This document shows positions 54,339-64,000 of a DNA stretch of 64,000 nt, piece by piece (positions within the stretch are counted from its first letter, which is position 1; each line of letters begins with the position of its first letter). This DNA comes from Acidimicrobiales bacterium (lineage in GTDB: Bacteria; Actinomycetota; Acidimicrobiia; Acidimicrobiales; CADCSY01). The DNA lies in contig DATKDW010000047.1 in NCBI GenBank assembly GCA_035512495.1, positions 3,718 through 67,717 on the forward strand, read 5' to 3'. The notes under the pieces were generated by a model, which searched no databases, was not told the DNA's origin, and saw only the letters and a list, made by a program, of their open reading frames with translations. Both the position numbers and the translations under genes were made by a program.

Positions 54339-56042
54339 ATGGCAGGGCGACGAAGGTGGCGGCGCGGGGCAGCGTGGTGCTCCCTCACTGCCCTCCTGCT
54401 CGTCACCGGGGTGGTCACCGGCGTCGTCCCCGCGTCGGGTGAGGGGCCCATCGGCGGCTGGGCCAGCGAGCGCCTCCGCGTCGAGCCAGTCGTCGACGGC
54501 GGCACGATCCGCGTCGCCGACGTGGGCACGTTCCGGGGCGCGGTCGAGCTCGTCCCGGACGGCACCGGGGTGGCCGTGGTCAACGATGTGGGTCTCGAGG
54601 ACTACGTCCGCGGCATCGCCGAGGTCCCGTCCTCGTGGCCCATCGAGGCCCAGAAGGCGCAGGCCGTTGCCGCCCGGAGCTACGCCCTCAACCAGATGCG
54701 GGGCAGCCGGGTCACCCGGTTCCGGGCGGTGGGGGCCGACCTCTGCGCCACCCAGGCCTGCCAGGTCTACCGGGGGGTCGGGACCGCCCGACCCGGGTGG
54801 GACGCAGCGGTGGCTGCGACGGCGGGAGAGGTCCTGCTCCACCGGAACGGGCCGATCCGGGCCATGTACGCCTCGTCCAACGGTGGCCGCTCGGACCCCG
54901 GCGGCGCCCCCTACCTGCCGGGCGTCGACGACCCCGACGACGAGCGCGTCAGCCCCTGGGCCCGCTGGCGGGCGACGTTCACCCTCGACCAGGTCGCCAC
55001 CGCGTTCCCCGGGCCTGGCCGGCTGGTCGAGGCCGACCGCGCCGGCGACACCTTCGTCCTGCGCTACCAGCAGGACGACGGTGCCATCGTCGACCGCGGC
55101 GTCGCCCCGTCGGCGGTCCGCACCACGTTCAACGCCCGCCTGCCCCGCACCCCTGGCCTGCCCGTGCCGGTGCTCTCGACCCGCTTCACCGCCTTCACCG
55201 AGGGCGACACCGTGGTGCTCGACGGGGCGGGCTTCGGCCACCTCGTCGGCATGAGCCAGTACGGCGCGCTCGGCAAGGCCCAGCGGGGTCTCGACCACGC
55301 CGAGATCCTCGCGACCTACTACGGCGGCATCCGCCCGACGGTGGTCGACCCCGCCGAGCTGCCCGCCTCCATCCGGGTGGCCATGGCGCACGAGCGGCCT
55401 TCGGTGCACCTGAGCGGGCAGGGCTTCCGGGTCCTCGACGCCGGTGGTGACGTCCTGGCCCACCTCGGCGAGGGCGACTGGGAGGTCCGCCCGGACGGCG
55501 CCGGCCGGGTCGTCGCGGTGCCGCCCGACGGGCAGGAGGGGGCGCCGGTCGTGGCCCTGAGCGCACCGAGCGCCGAGCTCGTGCGGGTCGAGCTCACGGC
55601 GCCGGCGGCGGTCCGCATCCTCGATCCGGGTCGCGCGGTCCTGGTCGACCTGGGCCTCCGGCGGGCCGGGGAGGTCGACATCCCCCTGACCGGGCCGGTG
55701 CCGCCGGGGGCGCGCCTCGACCTCGTCGCCGAGGCCGACGCCGGTGGCGGGCGGGTGGCCCTCGCCGAGCTGACCATCGCCCCTCCCGTCCCCGGGGAGG
55801 CGCCCGCCGCCACCTCGGCCGCCAAGGCTGCAGGCGGTGGGAGGGGGAGCGACACCGCCTCCGGGGTCGGCGCGGTGGTGGCCATCAGCGTGCCGGGCGT
55901 GCCCGCCGAGCGGCCGGCCGCGCCCATCGTGGGGGTCGCCCTCGTCGCCCTGCTGGGCGCGGCCGCCGGCCTGGTGCGGGTCGCCGGCGGGCCCGCCGCT
56001 ACACTCCGGGCCACGTTCGGTCGCAGTCCGCGGCCGTCCTGA
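54339..56042 (+). CDS. SpoIID/LytB domain protein with C-terminal membrane anchor
   Basis: RRRWRRG plus a hydrophobic N-terminus. SpoIID motifs are [19 protein letters not shown] and [13 protein letters not shown]. The C-terminal approx 180 aa include an Ala/Gly-rich stretch and a hydrophobic helix ([16 protein letters not shown]). Confidence 0.8.
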   Translation: MAGRRRWRRGAAWCSLTALLLVTGVVTGVVPASGEGPIGGWASERLRVEPVVDGGTIRVADVGTFRGAVELVPDGTGVAVVNDVGLEDYVRGIAEVPSSWPIEAQKAQAVAARSYALNQMRGSRVTRFRAVGADLCATQACQVYRGVGTARPGWDAAVAATAGEVLLHRNGPIRAMYASSNGGRSDPGGAPYLPGVDDPDDERVSPWARWRATFTLDQVATAFPGPGRLVEADRAGDTFVLRYQQDDGAIVDRGVAPSAVRTTFNARLPRTPGLPVPVLSTRFTAFTEGDTVVLDGAGFGHLVGMSQYGALGKAQRGLDHAEILATYYGGIRPTVVDPAELPASIRVAMAHERPSVHLSGQGFRVLDAGGDVLAHLGEGDWEVRPDGAGRVVAVPPDGQEGAPVVALSAPSAELVRVELTAPAAVRILDPGRAVLVDLGLRRAGEVDIPLTGPVPPGARLDLVAEADAGGGRVALAELTIAPPVPGEAPAATSAAKAAGGGRGSDTASGVGAVVAISVPGVPAERPAAPIVGVALVALLGAAAGLVRVAGGPAATLRATFGRSPRPS

Positions 56043-56127
56043 CCGGAGAACCCCGGCGCCTCAACCCACGGTCGCTCCCTCGGAGCGCGCGGCGCCGGGT
56101 CCACCAAACCGTGGGAGGAGGCACACC

Positions 56128-57105
56128 ATGGCGCCCGTCGTCACCATGAAGCAGCTGCTCGAGGCTGGTGTCCACTTCGGGCACCAGACCCGCCGTTGGA
56201 ACCCCAAGATGAAGCGGTTCATCTACGGCGAGCGCAACGGCATCTACATCATCGACCTGCAGCAGACCCTGCAGCGCATCGAGACCGCCTACACCTTCGT
56301 CCGCGACATGGTCGCCGACGGTGGCGAGATCCTCTTCATCGGCACCAAGAAGCAGGCGCAGGACCAGATCTCCGCCGCCGCCGACGGGTGCGGGATGCCC
56401 TACATCAACGAGCGCTGGCTCGGCGGCATGCTCACCAACTTCTCCACGATCTCCGGGCGCGTCTCCAAGATGTCGGAGTACCAGCGCCAGCGGGCCGTGG
56501 GCGACTTCGACGCCATGCCCAAGAAGGAGGCCCTCATGAAGGGCCGCGAGCTCGAGAAGCTCGAGCGCAACCTCGGTGGCATCCGCAACATGTCGAAGCT
56601 GCCCGACGCGGTGTTCATCATCGACACCAACAAGGAGCACATCGGGGTCAACGAGGCCAACAAGCTGAAGATCCCGATCGTGGCGGTGGTCGACACCAAC
56701 TGCAACCCGGACCTCATCGACTACGTGATCCCCGGCAACGACGACGCCATCCGCTCCGGCAGCCTGATGTGTCGCATCATCAGCGACGCCGTCAAGGAGG
56801 GCCGCTACATCGCCGAGCGTCGGGGCACCGCCAAGCCGGCGCCGCCCGCGCCGCCCACCCCCGAGGAAGAGGCCGAGCGCGCCCGCCAGCAGGCCTCCGC
56901 ACGCGCGGCCGCCGCCCAGCAGGCCGCCGAGCGCGAGGCCCGCGTGGCCGCTGCCGCCTCGCCGGTCCCCGAGGGCTCGCCCGAGGAGACCAGCGCCGTC
57001 GACCCCGCCGAAGCCTCACCGGCTCTCGGCCAGGAGTCCGCAGGGGTGCCCGAGTCCGAGGTGGCCTCCCCCCAGACCGACGACCCCACGACCGACAAGA
57101 CCTGA
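56128..57105 (+). CDS. rpsB: 30S ribosomal protein S2 (with approx 90-aa Ala/Pro/Glu-rich C-terminal tail)
   Basis: [33 protein letters not shown] upstream. Confidence 0.95.
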   Translation: MAPVVTMKQLLEAGVHFGHQTRRWNPKMKRFIYGERNGIYIIDLQQTLQRIETAYTFVRDMVADGGEILFIGTKKQAQDQISAAADGCGMPYINERWLGGMLTNFSTISGRVSKMSEYQRQRAVGDFDAMPKKEALMKGRELEKLERNLGGIRNMSKLPDAVFIIDTNKEHIGVNEANKLKIPIVAVVDTNCNPDLIDYVIPGNDDAIRSGSLMCRIISDAVKEGRYIAERRGTAKPAPPAPPTPEEEAERARQQASARAAAAQQAAEREARVAAAASPVPEGSPEETSAVDPAEASPALGQESAGVPESEVASPQTDDPTTDKT

Positions 57106-57126
57106 TCGAGGAGCACCCCCCGACCG

Positions 57127-57930
57127 ATGGCAGGATTCTCAGCAACCGACGTCAAGCGCCTCCGCGACAGCACCGGCGCCGGCATGATGGACGCCAAGAA
57201 GGCGCTCACGGAGAACGACGGCGACTTCGACGCCGCCGCCAAGTGGCTCCGTGAGCAGGGCCTGGCCCAGACGGCCAAGCGCTCCGACCGTGAGAACACC
57301 GAGGGCGCGGTGGCACTGGCCGCTGCTGGCAATGCCGCCGCTGCCGTCGAGCTCAAGTCCGAGACGGACTTCGTGGCCAAGTCCCCCGACTTCAAGGCGC
57401 TCGCCGACGACCTCGCCGTCGCGGTGGTCGCCGACGGCGAGGGAGCGGTGTCCTCGCTCCAGGACCGACTCGACGACCTCAAGGTCACGCTCAAGGAGAA
57501 CCTCGAGGTGGGCAGGGTGGTGCGCGTCGAGGCGGCCGACGGCAACGTCCTCGACACCTATCTGCACGTCCAGAGCGAGCGGGGCAAGAACGCCGTCATC
57601 GTCGAGATGGCCGGAGGCTCTCAGGAGCTGGCCCACGACGTGGCGGTCCACATCGCCTTCGCCCGTCCCGCCTACCTCACCCGGGACGAGTTCCCGGCTG
57701 AGGAGGTCGAGGCCAAGCGCGCCGAGCTCGAGGCCCTCAGCCGCAACGAGGGCAAGCCCGAGGCCGCTCTGCCCAAGATCATCGAGGGGCGCCTCAGCGG
57801 GTTCTACAAGTCGACCCCCGGCGGCGCCCTCCTCGAGCAGGCCTTCGTCAAGGACGAGAAGCGGTCGGTCGGCGACGCCCTCGGCGACGCCACCGTCGTC
57901 CGATTCGCCCAGATCGAGATCGGGGCGTAG
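57127..57930 (+). CDS. tsf: Elongation factor Ts
   Basis: UBA-like N-terminus VKRLRDSTGAGMMDAKKAL. Confidence 0.95.
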   Translation: MAGFSATDVKRLRDSTGAGMMDAKKALTENDGDFDAAAKWLREQGLAQTAKRSDRENTEGAVALAAAGNAAAAVELKSETDFVAKSPDFKALADDLAVAVVADGEGAVSSLQDRLDDLKVTLKENLEVGRVVRVEAADGNVLDTYLHVQSERGKNAVIVEMAGGSQELAHDVAVHIAFARPAYLTRDEFPAEEVEAKRAELEALSRNEGKPEAALPKIIEGRLSGFYKSTPGGALLEQAFVKDEKRSVGDALGDATVVRFAQIEIGA

Positions 57931-57936
57931 GAACCC

Positions 57937-58683
57937 ATGGCCGTCGACGGCGCGGGCGAGCGCCAACCGCGCTGGGGCCGCATCGTCCTCAAGCTCTCCG
58001 GTGAGGCCTTCGCCGACGCCAGCGGCTACTCCATCGATGGCGAGGTGGTGAGCCGGGTCGCGGCCGAGATCGTCGACGTCCGGCGCACCCTCGACGTCGA
58101 CGTGGCGGTGGTGGTCGGCGGCGGCAACATCTGGCGGGGCCTCCACGGCGCGGGCGTGGGCATGGACCCAGCCCAGGCCGACTACATGGGGATGCTGGCC
58201 ACGGTCATCAACGGCCTGGCCCTCCAGGACGCCCTCGAGCGCCTCGACCAGCCCACCCGGGTCATGACGGCGATCCAGATGGCCCAGGTCGCCGAGCCCT
58301 ACATCCGCCGGCGGGCCATCCGCCACCTCGAGCGGGGCCGGGTCGTGATCCTCGCGGGCGGTACGGGCAACCCGTACTTCACCACCGACACCACCGCCGC
58401 CCTGCGGGCCGCCGAGATCGACGCCGAGGTGGTCCTCAAGGGAACCCATGGCGGCGTCGACGGTGTCTACACCGCGGACCCCAAGCTCGACCCCGCGGCG
58501 ACCAAGCTCGACGAGATCTCCTACATGGAGGTGCTCAACCGGGGGTTGCGCGTGATGGACTCGACGGCCATCACCTTCTGCATGGACCACGAGCTCCCGA
58601 TCGTGGTCTTCGACCTCCTCGACGAGGGCAACATCCGCCGTGTCCTCGTGGGGCAGGAGCGGATCGGTACCCTGGTCGGGTGA
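57937..58683 (+). CDS. pyrH: UMP kinase
   Basis: [17 protein letters not shown] and [13 protein letters not shown]. Confidence 0.95.
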   Translation: MAVDGAGERQPRWGRIVLKLSGEAFADASGYSIDGEVVSRVAAEIVDVRRTLDVDVAVVVGGGNIWRGLHGAGVGMDPAQADYMGMLATVINGLALQDALERLDQPTRVMTAIQMAQVAEPYIRRRAIRHLERGRVVILAGGTGNPYFTTDTTAALRAAEIDAEVVLKGTHGGVDGVYTADPKLDPAATKLDEISYMEVLNRGLRVMDSTAITFCMDHELPIVVFDLLDEGNIRRVLVGQERIGTLVG

Positions 58684-59237
58684 TCGACGACATCCTGGCC
58701 GACGCGGCCGACAAGATGACGAAGGCGGTCGAGCACGCTCGCGCCGAGATGGCCAGCATCCGCACGGGCCGGGCCAGCCCCGCCCTGGTCGAGAAGCTGA
58801 TCGTCGACTACTACGGCTCCGAGGTTCCCCTCCAGCAGCTGGCCGGCTTCAGCGTGCCCGAGGCCCGCACCCTCGTGATCCAGCCCTACGACAAGGGCTC
58901 GCTGGGCGCCATCGAGAAGGCGATCCAGAACTCCGACCTCGGGCTGATGCCGAGCAACGACGGCAACGTCGTCCGCCTCATCTTCCCGCAGCTGACCGCC
59001 GAGCGCCGCAAGGACCTGGTGAAGGTGGTCAAGGGCATGGCCGAGGACGGCCGGGTGGCGGTGCGCAACCTCCGTCGTGCCGGACGCCAGGAGCTCGAGG
59101 CCCTCGAGAAGGAGGGTGACATGTCCGCCGATGACCTCGAGCGGGCGGAGAAGGAGCTCGACAAGATCACCGCAACCCACGTCGCCGGCATCGATGCGGC
59201 CGTGGACACCAAGGAGCAGGAGCTGCTCGAGGTCTGA
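58680..59237 (+). CDS. frr: Ribosome recycling factor
   Basis: [15 protein letters not shown]..., [17 protein letters not shown] overlap with pyrH. Confidence 0.95.
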   Translation: MIDDILADAADKMTKAVEHARAEMASIRTGRASPALVEKLIVDYYGSEVPLQQLAGFSVPEARTLVIQPYDKGSLGAIEKAIQNSDLGLMPSNDGNVVRLIFPQLTAERRKDLVKVVKGMAEDGRVAVRNLRRAGRQELEALEKEGDMSADDLERAEKELDKITATHVAGIDAAVDTKEQELLEV

Positions 59238-59285
59238 ACGTCAGTGCCCGGTCCCGCAGATCCCAACCACCCCGCAGGAGGCCCG

Positions 59286-60788
59286 ATGGACGAGCGCCCG
59301 CCCTGGGAACGCCCCGACGAAGAGAACCAGGCCGACCCCACCGAGGGGGTGCGCATCATCGGCGACGAGGAGGCCGCCGAGGCCATCGAGCGCGGCGACG
59401 TCGCGCCCCGCCGCGGCGATGGCACGCCCCGCTATGGCGACCGGCCGTCGTCCCCGCCCGACGACGTCCCCCGTCCGGCCCTCCGCTTCCCGCTCGGCCA
59501 GGCCGATCCCGACGAGGGCGATGTCGCTCGCCCCCGCGTCGTCGGGTCCACGCCGTCGTTGCCACCCTGGACCGACCCGCCCACCGGCGAGGTGCCGCGT
59601 CTGGTGCCGCCCGACGAGGGCGAGGAGGGCGAGGACCTCGAAGCGTGGTCGAGCTTCACCGATGCCGGTCCGCGCTGGCGCGACCGAACCAGCGACTGGG
59701 AGGACGCCGAGTACGAGAGCTCTTCGATGCTCCACGACGACGAGTCCCGCGTGGGTGCCCTCGATGAGTCGGACCGTCCCGCCCCCGACGACTTCTTCGG
59801 CGACGCCCCGGGCCGCCGGGAGCCGGTGATCCGTGGCGCCCACGGTCGCCCCGCCCCTTGGGAGCAGGCGGCCGCCGCCGGTGCCACCGTCGGACCGGGT
59901 CCCGAGGCCGGGCCGGCCCGTGCCGGCCGCCGTCACGAGCCTCACCGGCCGGTCGCCGGTCCCGGCGACGGTGGGCCGGGGGAGCGTGATGTCCGCCTCG
60001 CCGTGATCACCGGCGTGGGGCTGGCCGTGGCCGCCCTGATCCTCTTCTCGCTCGGACCGGGGCCCGCCATGGTGCTCGTGGTCGGCATCGTCGTGGTCTG
60101 CGCCGCCGAGCTGTTCGCCTCGCTCCAGCGGGGTGGGTACCAGCCCGCCACCCTGCTCGGCCTCGTCGCCAGTGGTGCCCTGGTCGCGTCCGCCTACTGG
60201 CGTGGTGAGGCCGCGATCCCGTTGGTGCTCGGGCTCACGCTCGTGTTCACCCTGCTCTGGTACCTCGTCGGCGTCAGCCGGATCGAGCCCACCATGAACG
60301 TCGGCGTCAGCCTCTTCGGGGTGGCCTACACCGGCCTGCTCGGCTCCTTCGCCGCGCTGATGCTCGCCTTCCCCAACGGTCGCGGGCTCCTCGCCGGCAC
60401 CGTGGTGGCAGTGGTGGCCAACGACGTGGGCGCCCTCGTCGCCGGGCAGCGCCTTGGTGAGCGCCCGATCGCGCCCGAGATCAGCCCCAACAAGACCGTC
60501 GAGGGGGCCATCGGCGGCGCGGTGGCGGCGGTGCTCGTCAGCATCGTCGTCCTCGGCTTCATCGGCCTCCACCCCTGGGACGTGGGGTCGGCGCTCGCTC
60601 TGGGGCTCGTCGTGGCGGTCATGGCACCCCTCGGCGACCTCTGCGAGTCCTTGGTCAAGCGCGACCTCGGCATCAAGGACATGGGGAGCATCCTCCCTGG
60701 GCACGGGGGGTTGCTCGACCGCTTCGACGCGCTGCTCTTCTGCCTGCCGGCCGTCTACTACCTGGCTCGGTTGCTGGAAATCTTCTGA
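59286..60788 (+). CDS. cdsA: Phosphatidate cytidylyltransferase with approx 236-aa acidic/Pro-rich N-terminal extension
   Basis: C-terminal CTP-transferase signature SLVKRDLGIKDMGSILPGHGGLLDRFDALLF and 7-8 TM helices. ATG 59286 has an AGGAGG SD 6 nt upstream. The track ORF begins at GTG 59244. Confidence 0.85.
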   Translation: MDERPPWERPDEENQADPTEGVRIIGDEEAAEAIERGDVAPRRGDGTPRYGDRPSSPPDDVPRPALRFPLGQADPDEGDVARPRVVGSTPSLPPWTDPPTGEVPRLVPPDEGEEGEDLEAWSSFTDAGPRWRDRTSDWEDAEYESSSMLHDDESRVGALDESDRPAPDDFFGDAPGRREPVIRGAHGRPAPWEQAAAAGATVGPGPEAGPARAGRRHEPHRPVAGPGDGGPGERDVRLAVITGVGLAVAALILFSLGPGPAMVLVVGIVVVCAAELFASLQRGGYQPATLLGLVASGALVASAYWRGEAAIPLVLGLTLVFTLLWYLVGVSRIEPTMNVGVSLFGVAYTGLLGSFAALMLAFPNGRGLLAGTVVAVVANDVGALVAGQRLGERPIAPEISPNKTVEGAIGGAVAAVLVSIVVLGFIGLHPWDVGSALALGLVVAVMAPLGDLCESLVKRDLGIKDMGSILPGHGGLLDRFDALLFCLPAVYYLARLLEIF

Positions 60789-60795
60789 TGGTCAC

Positions 60796-61953
60796 GTGAC
60801 CGCCATCTCGTTGCTGGGGTCGACGGGGTCGATCGGGATCCAGACGCTCGACGTCGTGCGAGCGGAGCCCGAGCGGTACTCGGTCGTGGCGCTCGGTGCA
60901 GGCGGTTCGTCCCTGGAGGTGCTCGCGGCCCAGGCCCGCGAGCTTGTCCCTCAGGTCGTGGCGATCGCCGACGAGCGCAGGGCGGGGGAGCTTCGCTCGC
61001 TGGTCCCCCCGGGGGTCGAGGTGGTGGCCGGGCAGGACGCCCTGGCGTCCGTCGCCCACCTCGGTGAGGTCGTGGTCAACGGGGTGGTCGGCTTCGCGGG
61101 GCTCGGGGTCACGCTGGCAGCGCTCGGGGCCGGGCGGCGGCTGGCGCTGGCCAACAAGGAGTCGCTCATCGCCGGGGGGCCGGTGGTGCAGCGCGCCCGT
61201 GCCACGCCGGGGGCCGAGATCCTCCCTGTCGACTCCGAGCACTGCGCCCTGCACCAGTGCCTCCGCTCGGGTCGGCCCGGTGAGGTGGCCCGCCTTGTCC
61301 TCACCGCCAGCGGCGGTCCCTTCCGGGGCCGCACCCGGGCCGACCTGGCCGAGGTCACCGTGACCGACGCCCTTGCCCACCCCACCTGGAGCATGGGCCC
61401 GAAGATCACGGTCGACTCGTCGACCCTGATGAACAAGGGCCTCGAGGTGATCGAGGCCCACGAGCTGTTCGGCACCCCCTACGACCGGATCGACGTCGTG
61501 GTCCACCCCCAGTCGGTGGTGCACTCGATGGTCGAGTACCACGACGGCGCCACCATCGCCCAGCTCTCGATGCCCGACATGCGCCTCCCCATCGCGTACG
61601 CCCTCGCCTTCCCCGAGCGCTCGGCGGTGCCGGTGGGCAGGGTCGACTGGGCGACCCTCGGGTCGCTCGATTTCGAGCCCCCCGACCTCACCGCCTTCCC
61701 TTGCCTCGGCCTCGCCTACGAGGCCGGGCGGGCCGGCGGCTCCGCCCCGGCCTGGCTCAACGCCGCCAACGAGGTCGCCGTGGCGGCCTTCCTCGAGGGC
61801 GCGATCCGGTGGATCGACGTCCCCGAGGTGGTGAAGGAGGCACTCGACCTCCATGATGGGACCGTGCTCGACGACGCCGAGAGCGTGGTCGAGGTGGATC
61901 GACGGGTGCGAGCCCTGACCCGCACCGTCGTCGAGAGGAGACCCGCCGCATGA
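60796..61953 (+). CDS. dxr: 1-deoxy-D-xylulose 5-phosphate reductoisomerase
   Basis: LGSTGSIGIQTLDV, LANKESL, DSEHCAL and NKGLEVIEA. Confidence 0.9.
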   Translation: MTAISLLGSTGSIGIQTLDVVRAEPERYSVVALGAGGSSLEVLAAQARELVPQVVAIADERRAGELRSLVPPGVEVVAGQDALASVAHLGEVVVNGVVGFAGLGVTLAALGAGRRLALANKESLIAGGPVVQRARATPGAEILPVDSEHCALHQCLRSGRPGEVARLVLTASGGPFRGRTRADLAEVTVTDALAHPTWSMGPKITVDSSTLMNKGLEVIEAHELFGTPYDRIDVVVHPQSVVHSMVEYHDGATIAQLSMPDMRLPIAYALAFPERSAVPVGRVDWATLGSLDFEPPDLTAFPCLGLAYEAGRAGGSAPAWLNAANEVAVAAFLEGAIRWIDVPEVVKEALDLHDGTVLDDAESVVEVDRRVRALTRTVVERRPAA

Positions 61954-63254
61954 CCGAGACCGCAGCCGCCCGACCGGGCGCCACATCCGAGACGCCTGAG
62001 CTGCCCGAGCCGGAGCACCCCTCCGCCGAGGAGGCGGTCGCGCCCACCAGCTGGATTCGGCGCATCCTCATCGCCGCGGCCGTGATCTACCTGGGCACCC
62101 AGGTGGCGGTCTCGACCCTCGCGGTCATCGGCGCCCTCATCTTCTTCATCTTCATGCACGAGCTCGGCCACTACCTCACCGCCAGGTGGGCAGGCATGAA
62201 GGTCACCGAGTTCTTCATCGGCTTCGGCCCCACCCTGTTCTCCTTCACACGGGGCGAGACCCGCTATGGCATCAAGGGCATCCCCGCCGGCGCCTACGTG
62301 AAGATCATCGGGATGAGCAACCTGGAGGAGATCGACGCCTCCGAGGAGCACCGCACCTACCGCCAGCAGCCCTACTGGCGGCGCATGTCTGTTGCGGTGG
62401 CCGGATCGACCATGCACTTCCTCATGGCCATCGTCTTGATCTTCAGTGTCTTCTCGATCTTCGGCGTGCCCGACCCCGACGCCGAGGGGTGGACGATCGG
62501 CGCCATCAGCACCTTCGAGCGCGGGCCGAGCCCCGCCGAGGAGGCGGGCCTGCAGGTCGGCGACCGCATCGTGTCGGTCGACGGGCGGTCGTTCGCCACC
62601 TTCGACGACATGGCCACCTACCTGCGGGAGCAGCCCGGCGAGGAGGTCTCGCTCGTGGTGGCCCGTGACGGCCAGCGCCTGACGCTCACCACTGAGCTGG
62701 CCGACCGCAACCCCGGTGGCGAGCGGGTGGGCTTCCTCGGTGTGGGGCCGGAGTGGGCCACCACCCGGCAGGGTCCCGTCAGCGGGGCCTGGGAGGCGGT
62801 CAGGACCACCGGCGACACCATGGTCCTGTCGGTGCAGGCCCTCGGCCAGTTCTTCTCGCCGGCCGGCCTCGGCGGCTACGTCGACACCCTCACCGGCAAC
62901 ACCCCGGCGGCGGCGCCGGGGGCCATCGAGGCCGAGAACCGGCTGCTCTCCCCGGTGGGTGCGGTCAACGTTGCCGGCCAGGCCGCCGACGCCGGCATCA
63001 TCAACCTGATCAGCTTCTTGTTCCTGATCAACGTCTTCATCGGGGTGTTCAACCTGGCACCGCTCCTGCCCTTCGACGGCGGCCATGTGGTGATCGCGAC
63101 CTACGAGCGCATCCGGAGCCGGCGGGGTGAGCGATACCACGCCGACGTGAGCAAGCTCATGCCGCTCACCTACGCCGTGGTGGGGGTGCTGATCCTCATC
63201 GGCCTCAGCGCGCTCTACCTCGACATCTCCGATCCGATCGACCTTCCCTTCTAG
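61950..63254 (+). CDS. rseP: M50 site-2 protease (RseP/Rip1-type) with PDZ domain
   Basis: HELGHY zinc motif, a PDZ domain (GLQVGDRIVSVDG) and NLAPLLPFDGGH. ATGA overlap with dxr. Confidence 0.85.
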   Translation: MTETAAARPGATSETPELPEPEHPSAEEAVAPTSWIRRILIAAAVIYLGTQVAVSTLAVIGALIFFIFMHELGHYLTARWAGMKVTEFFIGFGPTLFSFTRGETRYGIKGIPAGAYVKIIGMSNLEEIDASEEHRTYRQQPYWRRMSVAVAGSTMHFLMAIVLIFSVFSIFGVPDPDAEGWTIGAISTFERGPSPAEEAGLQVGDRIVSVDGRSFATFDDMATYLREQPGEEVSLVVARDGQRLTLTTELADRNPGGERVGFLGVGPEWATTRQGPVSGAWEAVRTTGDTMVLSVQALGQFFSPAGLGGYVDTLTGNTPAAAPGAIEAENRLLSPVGAVNVAGQAADAGIINLISFLFLINVFIGVFNLAPLLPFDGGHVVIATYERIRSRRGERYHADVSKLMPLTYAVVGVLILIGLSALYLDISDPIDLPF

Positions 63255-64000
63255 TGCAGTTCTCCTCCGGACGGGCCGAGCGGCGTCGCACCCGCCAGAT
63301 CATGGTGGGCGGGGTCGCGGTCGGCGGCGACGCGCCGATCTCCGTGCAGTCGATGACGATCACCAAGACGGCCGACGTCGAGGGCACCCTCGCCCAGATC
63401 TACGCCCTGGCCGGTGCGGGCGCCGACATCGTGCGCTGCACCTGCAACAACCAGGATGCGGCCGAGGGCCTGGCCCAGATCGTGCCCCGCTCACCGGTGC
63501 CGATCGTCGCCGACGTGCACAACAACCACCGCATGGCCTTCGCCGCCCTCGAGGCCGGGGTGGCGTGCCTGCGCCTCAACCCGGGGAACATCACCGACCC
63601 GACCAAGATCAAGGACATCGCCGCCGAGTCCCGCGACCGGAAGGTGCCCATCCGCATCGGGGTCAACGGCGGCAGCCTCGACAAGGCGCTCTACGAGAAG
63701 CACGGCGGCAAGGTCACCCCCGAGGCCATGGTCGAGTCGGCCCAGATCGAGCTCGCCTACTTCGAGGAGGTCGGCTTCGACGACGTGAAGATCTCGGTCA
63801 AGGCCAGCAACGTGCCGCTGATGATCGAGGCCTACCGACAGCTGGCCGACGTCACCGACCACCCGTTGCACCTCGGGGTCACCGAGGCCGGCCCGCCGCC
63901 GGCCGGCCTGGTCAAGGCCACCGCCGGGATCGCCACCCTCTTGGCTGAGGGCATCGGCGACACCATCCGGTACTCGCTCACCGCCGACCCGGTGGAGGAG
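63254..64000 (+). CDS. ispG: 4-hydroxy-3-methylbut-2-enyl diphosphate synthase IspG (5' part, runs off right edge)
   Basis: The frame from GTG 63254 (overlapping the rseP TAG) reads ...GDAPISVQSMT...IVRCTCNN...VPIVADVHNNH...LRLNPGNI...IRIGVNGGSL...LHLGVTEAG. It is open to the window end, so it is absent from the track. ATG 63302 is an alternative start. Confidence 0.9.
   Translation, partial: MQFSSGRAERRRTRQIMVGGVAVGGDAPISVQSMTITKTADVEGTLAQIYALAGAGADIVRCTCNNQDAAEGLAQIVPRSPVPIVADVHNNHRMAFAALEAGVACLRLNPGNITDPTKIKDIAAESRDRKVPIRIGVNGGSLDKALYEKHGGKVTPEAMVESAQIELAYFEEVGFDDVKISVKASNVPLMIEAYRQLADVTDHPLHLGVTEAGPPPAGLVKATAGIATLLAEGIGDTIRYSLTADPVEE

Noticed and set aside
1-64000. Search for rRNA, tRNA, tmRNA/SRP/RNase P RNA, CRISPR arrays, tandem repeats and IS elements.
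   Set aside because: All intergenic gaps are at most about 250 bp and none shows a cloverleaf-compatible sequence, spaced direct repeats or transposase-like ORFs. A covariance-model scan (Infernal/tRNAscan) would be needed to exclude small ncRNAs formally.

Overview
Very GC-rich, GC3-saturated chromosomal core segment of an actinobacterium (Actinomycetota-type gene order). I call about 72 protein genes, plus a 5' gene fragment at the left edge and a 3'-open ispG at the right edge. I found no rRNA, tRNA, CRISPR array, transposase or phage genes. Left part (1-24.5 kb): def, a PH-SHOCT membrane protein, GNAT, an alpha/beta-hydrolase-mcr-PIG-L cluster, DUF455, a MoxR-DUF58-VWA module, a membrane acyl-CoA desaturase, a MarR-controlled heterodimeric ABC exporter, a truncated LLM oxidoreductase, a thiolase-DUF35-ACAD-FadD-HIT lipid operon and pckG. 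Right part (24.9-64 kb): the conserved block rpmB / yloV-recG / rsmD-coaD-yceD-rpmF-plsX-acpP-rnc-mutM-smc-ftsY-ffh-rpsP-KH-rimM-trmD-rplS-lepB-DUF2469-yraN / rpiB / comM-dprA-xerC-whiG-M23-SpoIID-rpsB-tsf-pyrH-frr-cdsA-dxr-rseP-ispG. Many neighbouring genes are translationally coupled through ATGA/GTGA/TGATG overlaps. Most long ORFs in the six-frame track that lie antisense to these genes are high-GC artefacts. Observations worth a second look: (1) TAnnnT boxes, often GGTAGCGT, sit 6-11 nt upstream of many start codons, which suggests leaderless mRNAs and corrects several starts. (2) A shared TTGACC-N4-GGTCAA palindrome lies in front of two separate acyl-CoA/lipid operons, with no regulator gene nearby. 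(3) A 37/38-nt palindromic unit occurs twice, flanking a 3'-truncated LLM gene. The marR-LLM leader also carries four mutually complementary segments and a 9-codon uORF. (4) A degenerate histidine-kinase-like membrane protein heads the MoxR-DUF58-VWA module. (5) A secreted fusion of a degenerate LytM (M23) domain to a lipase-like alpha/beta hydrolase sits next to a SpoIID-domain protein, directly after whiG. (6) Two small genes missing from the track: a 66-aa zinc-ribbon protein and a 37-aa membrane peptide. All calls come from reading the sequence and motifs; no database search was possible.
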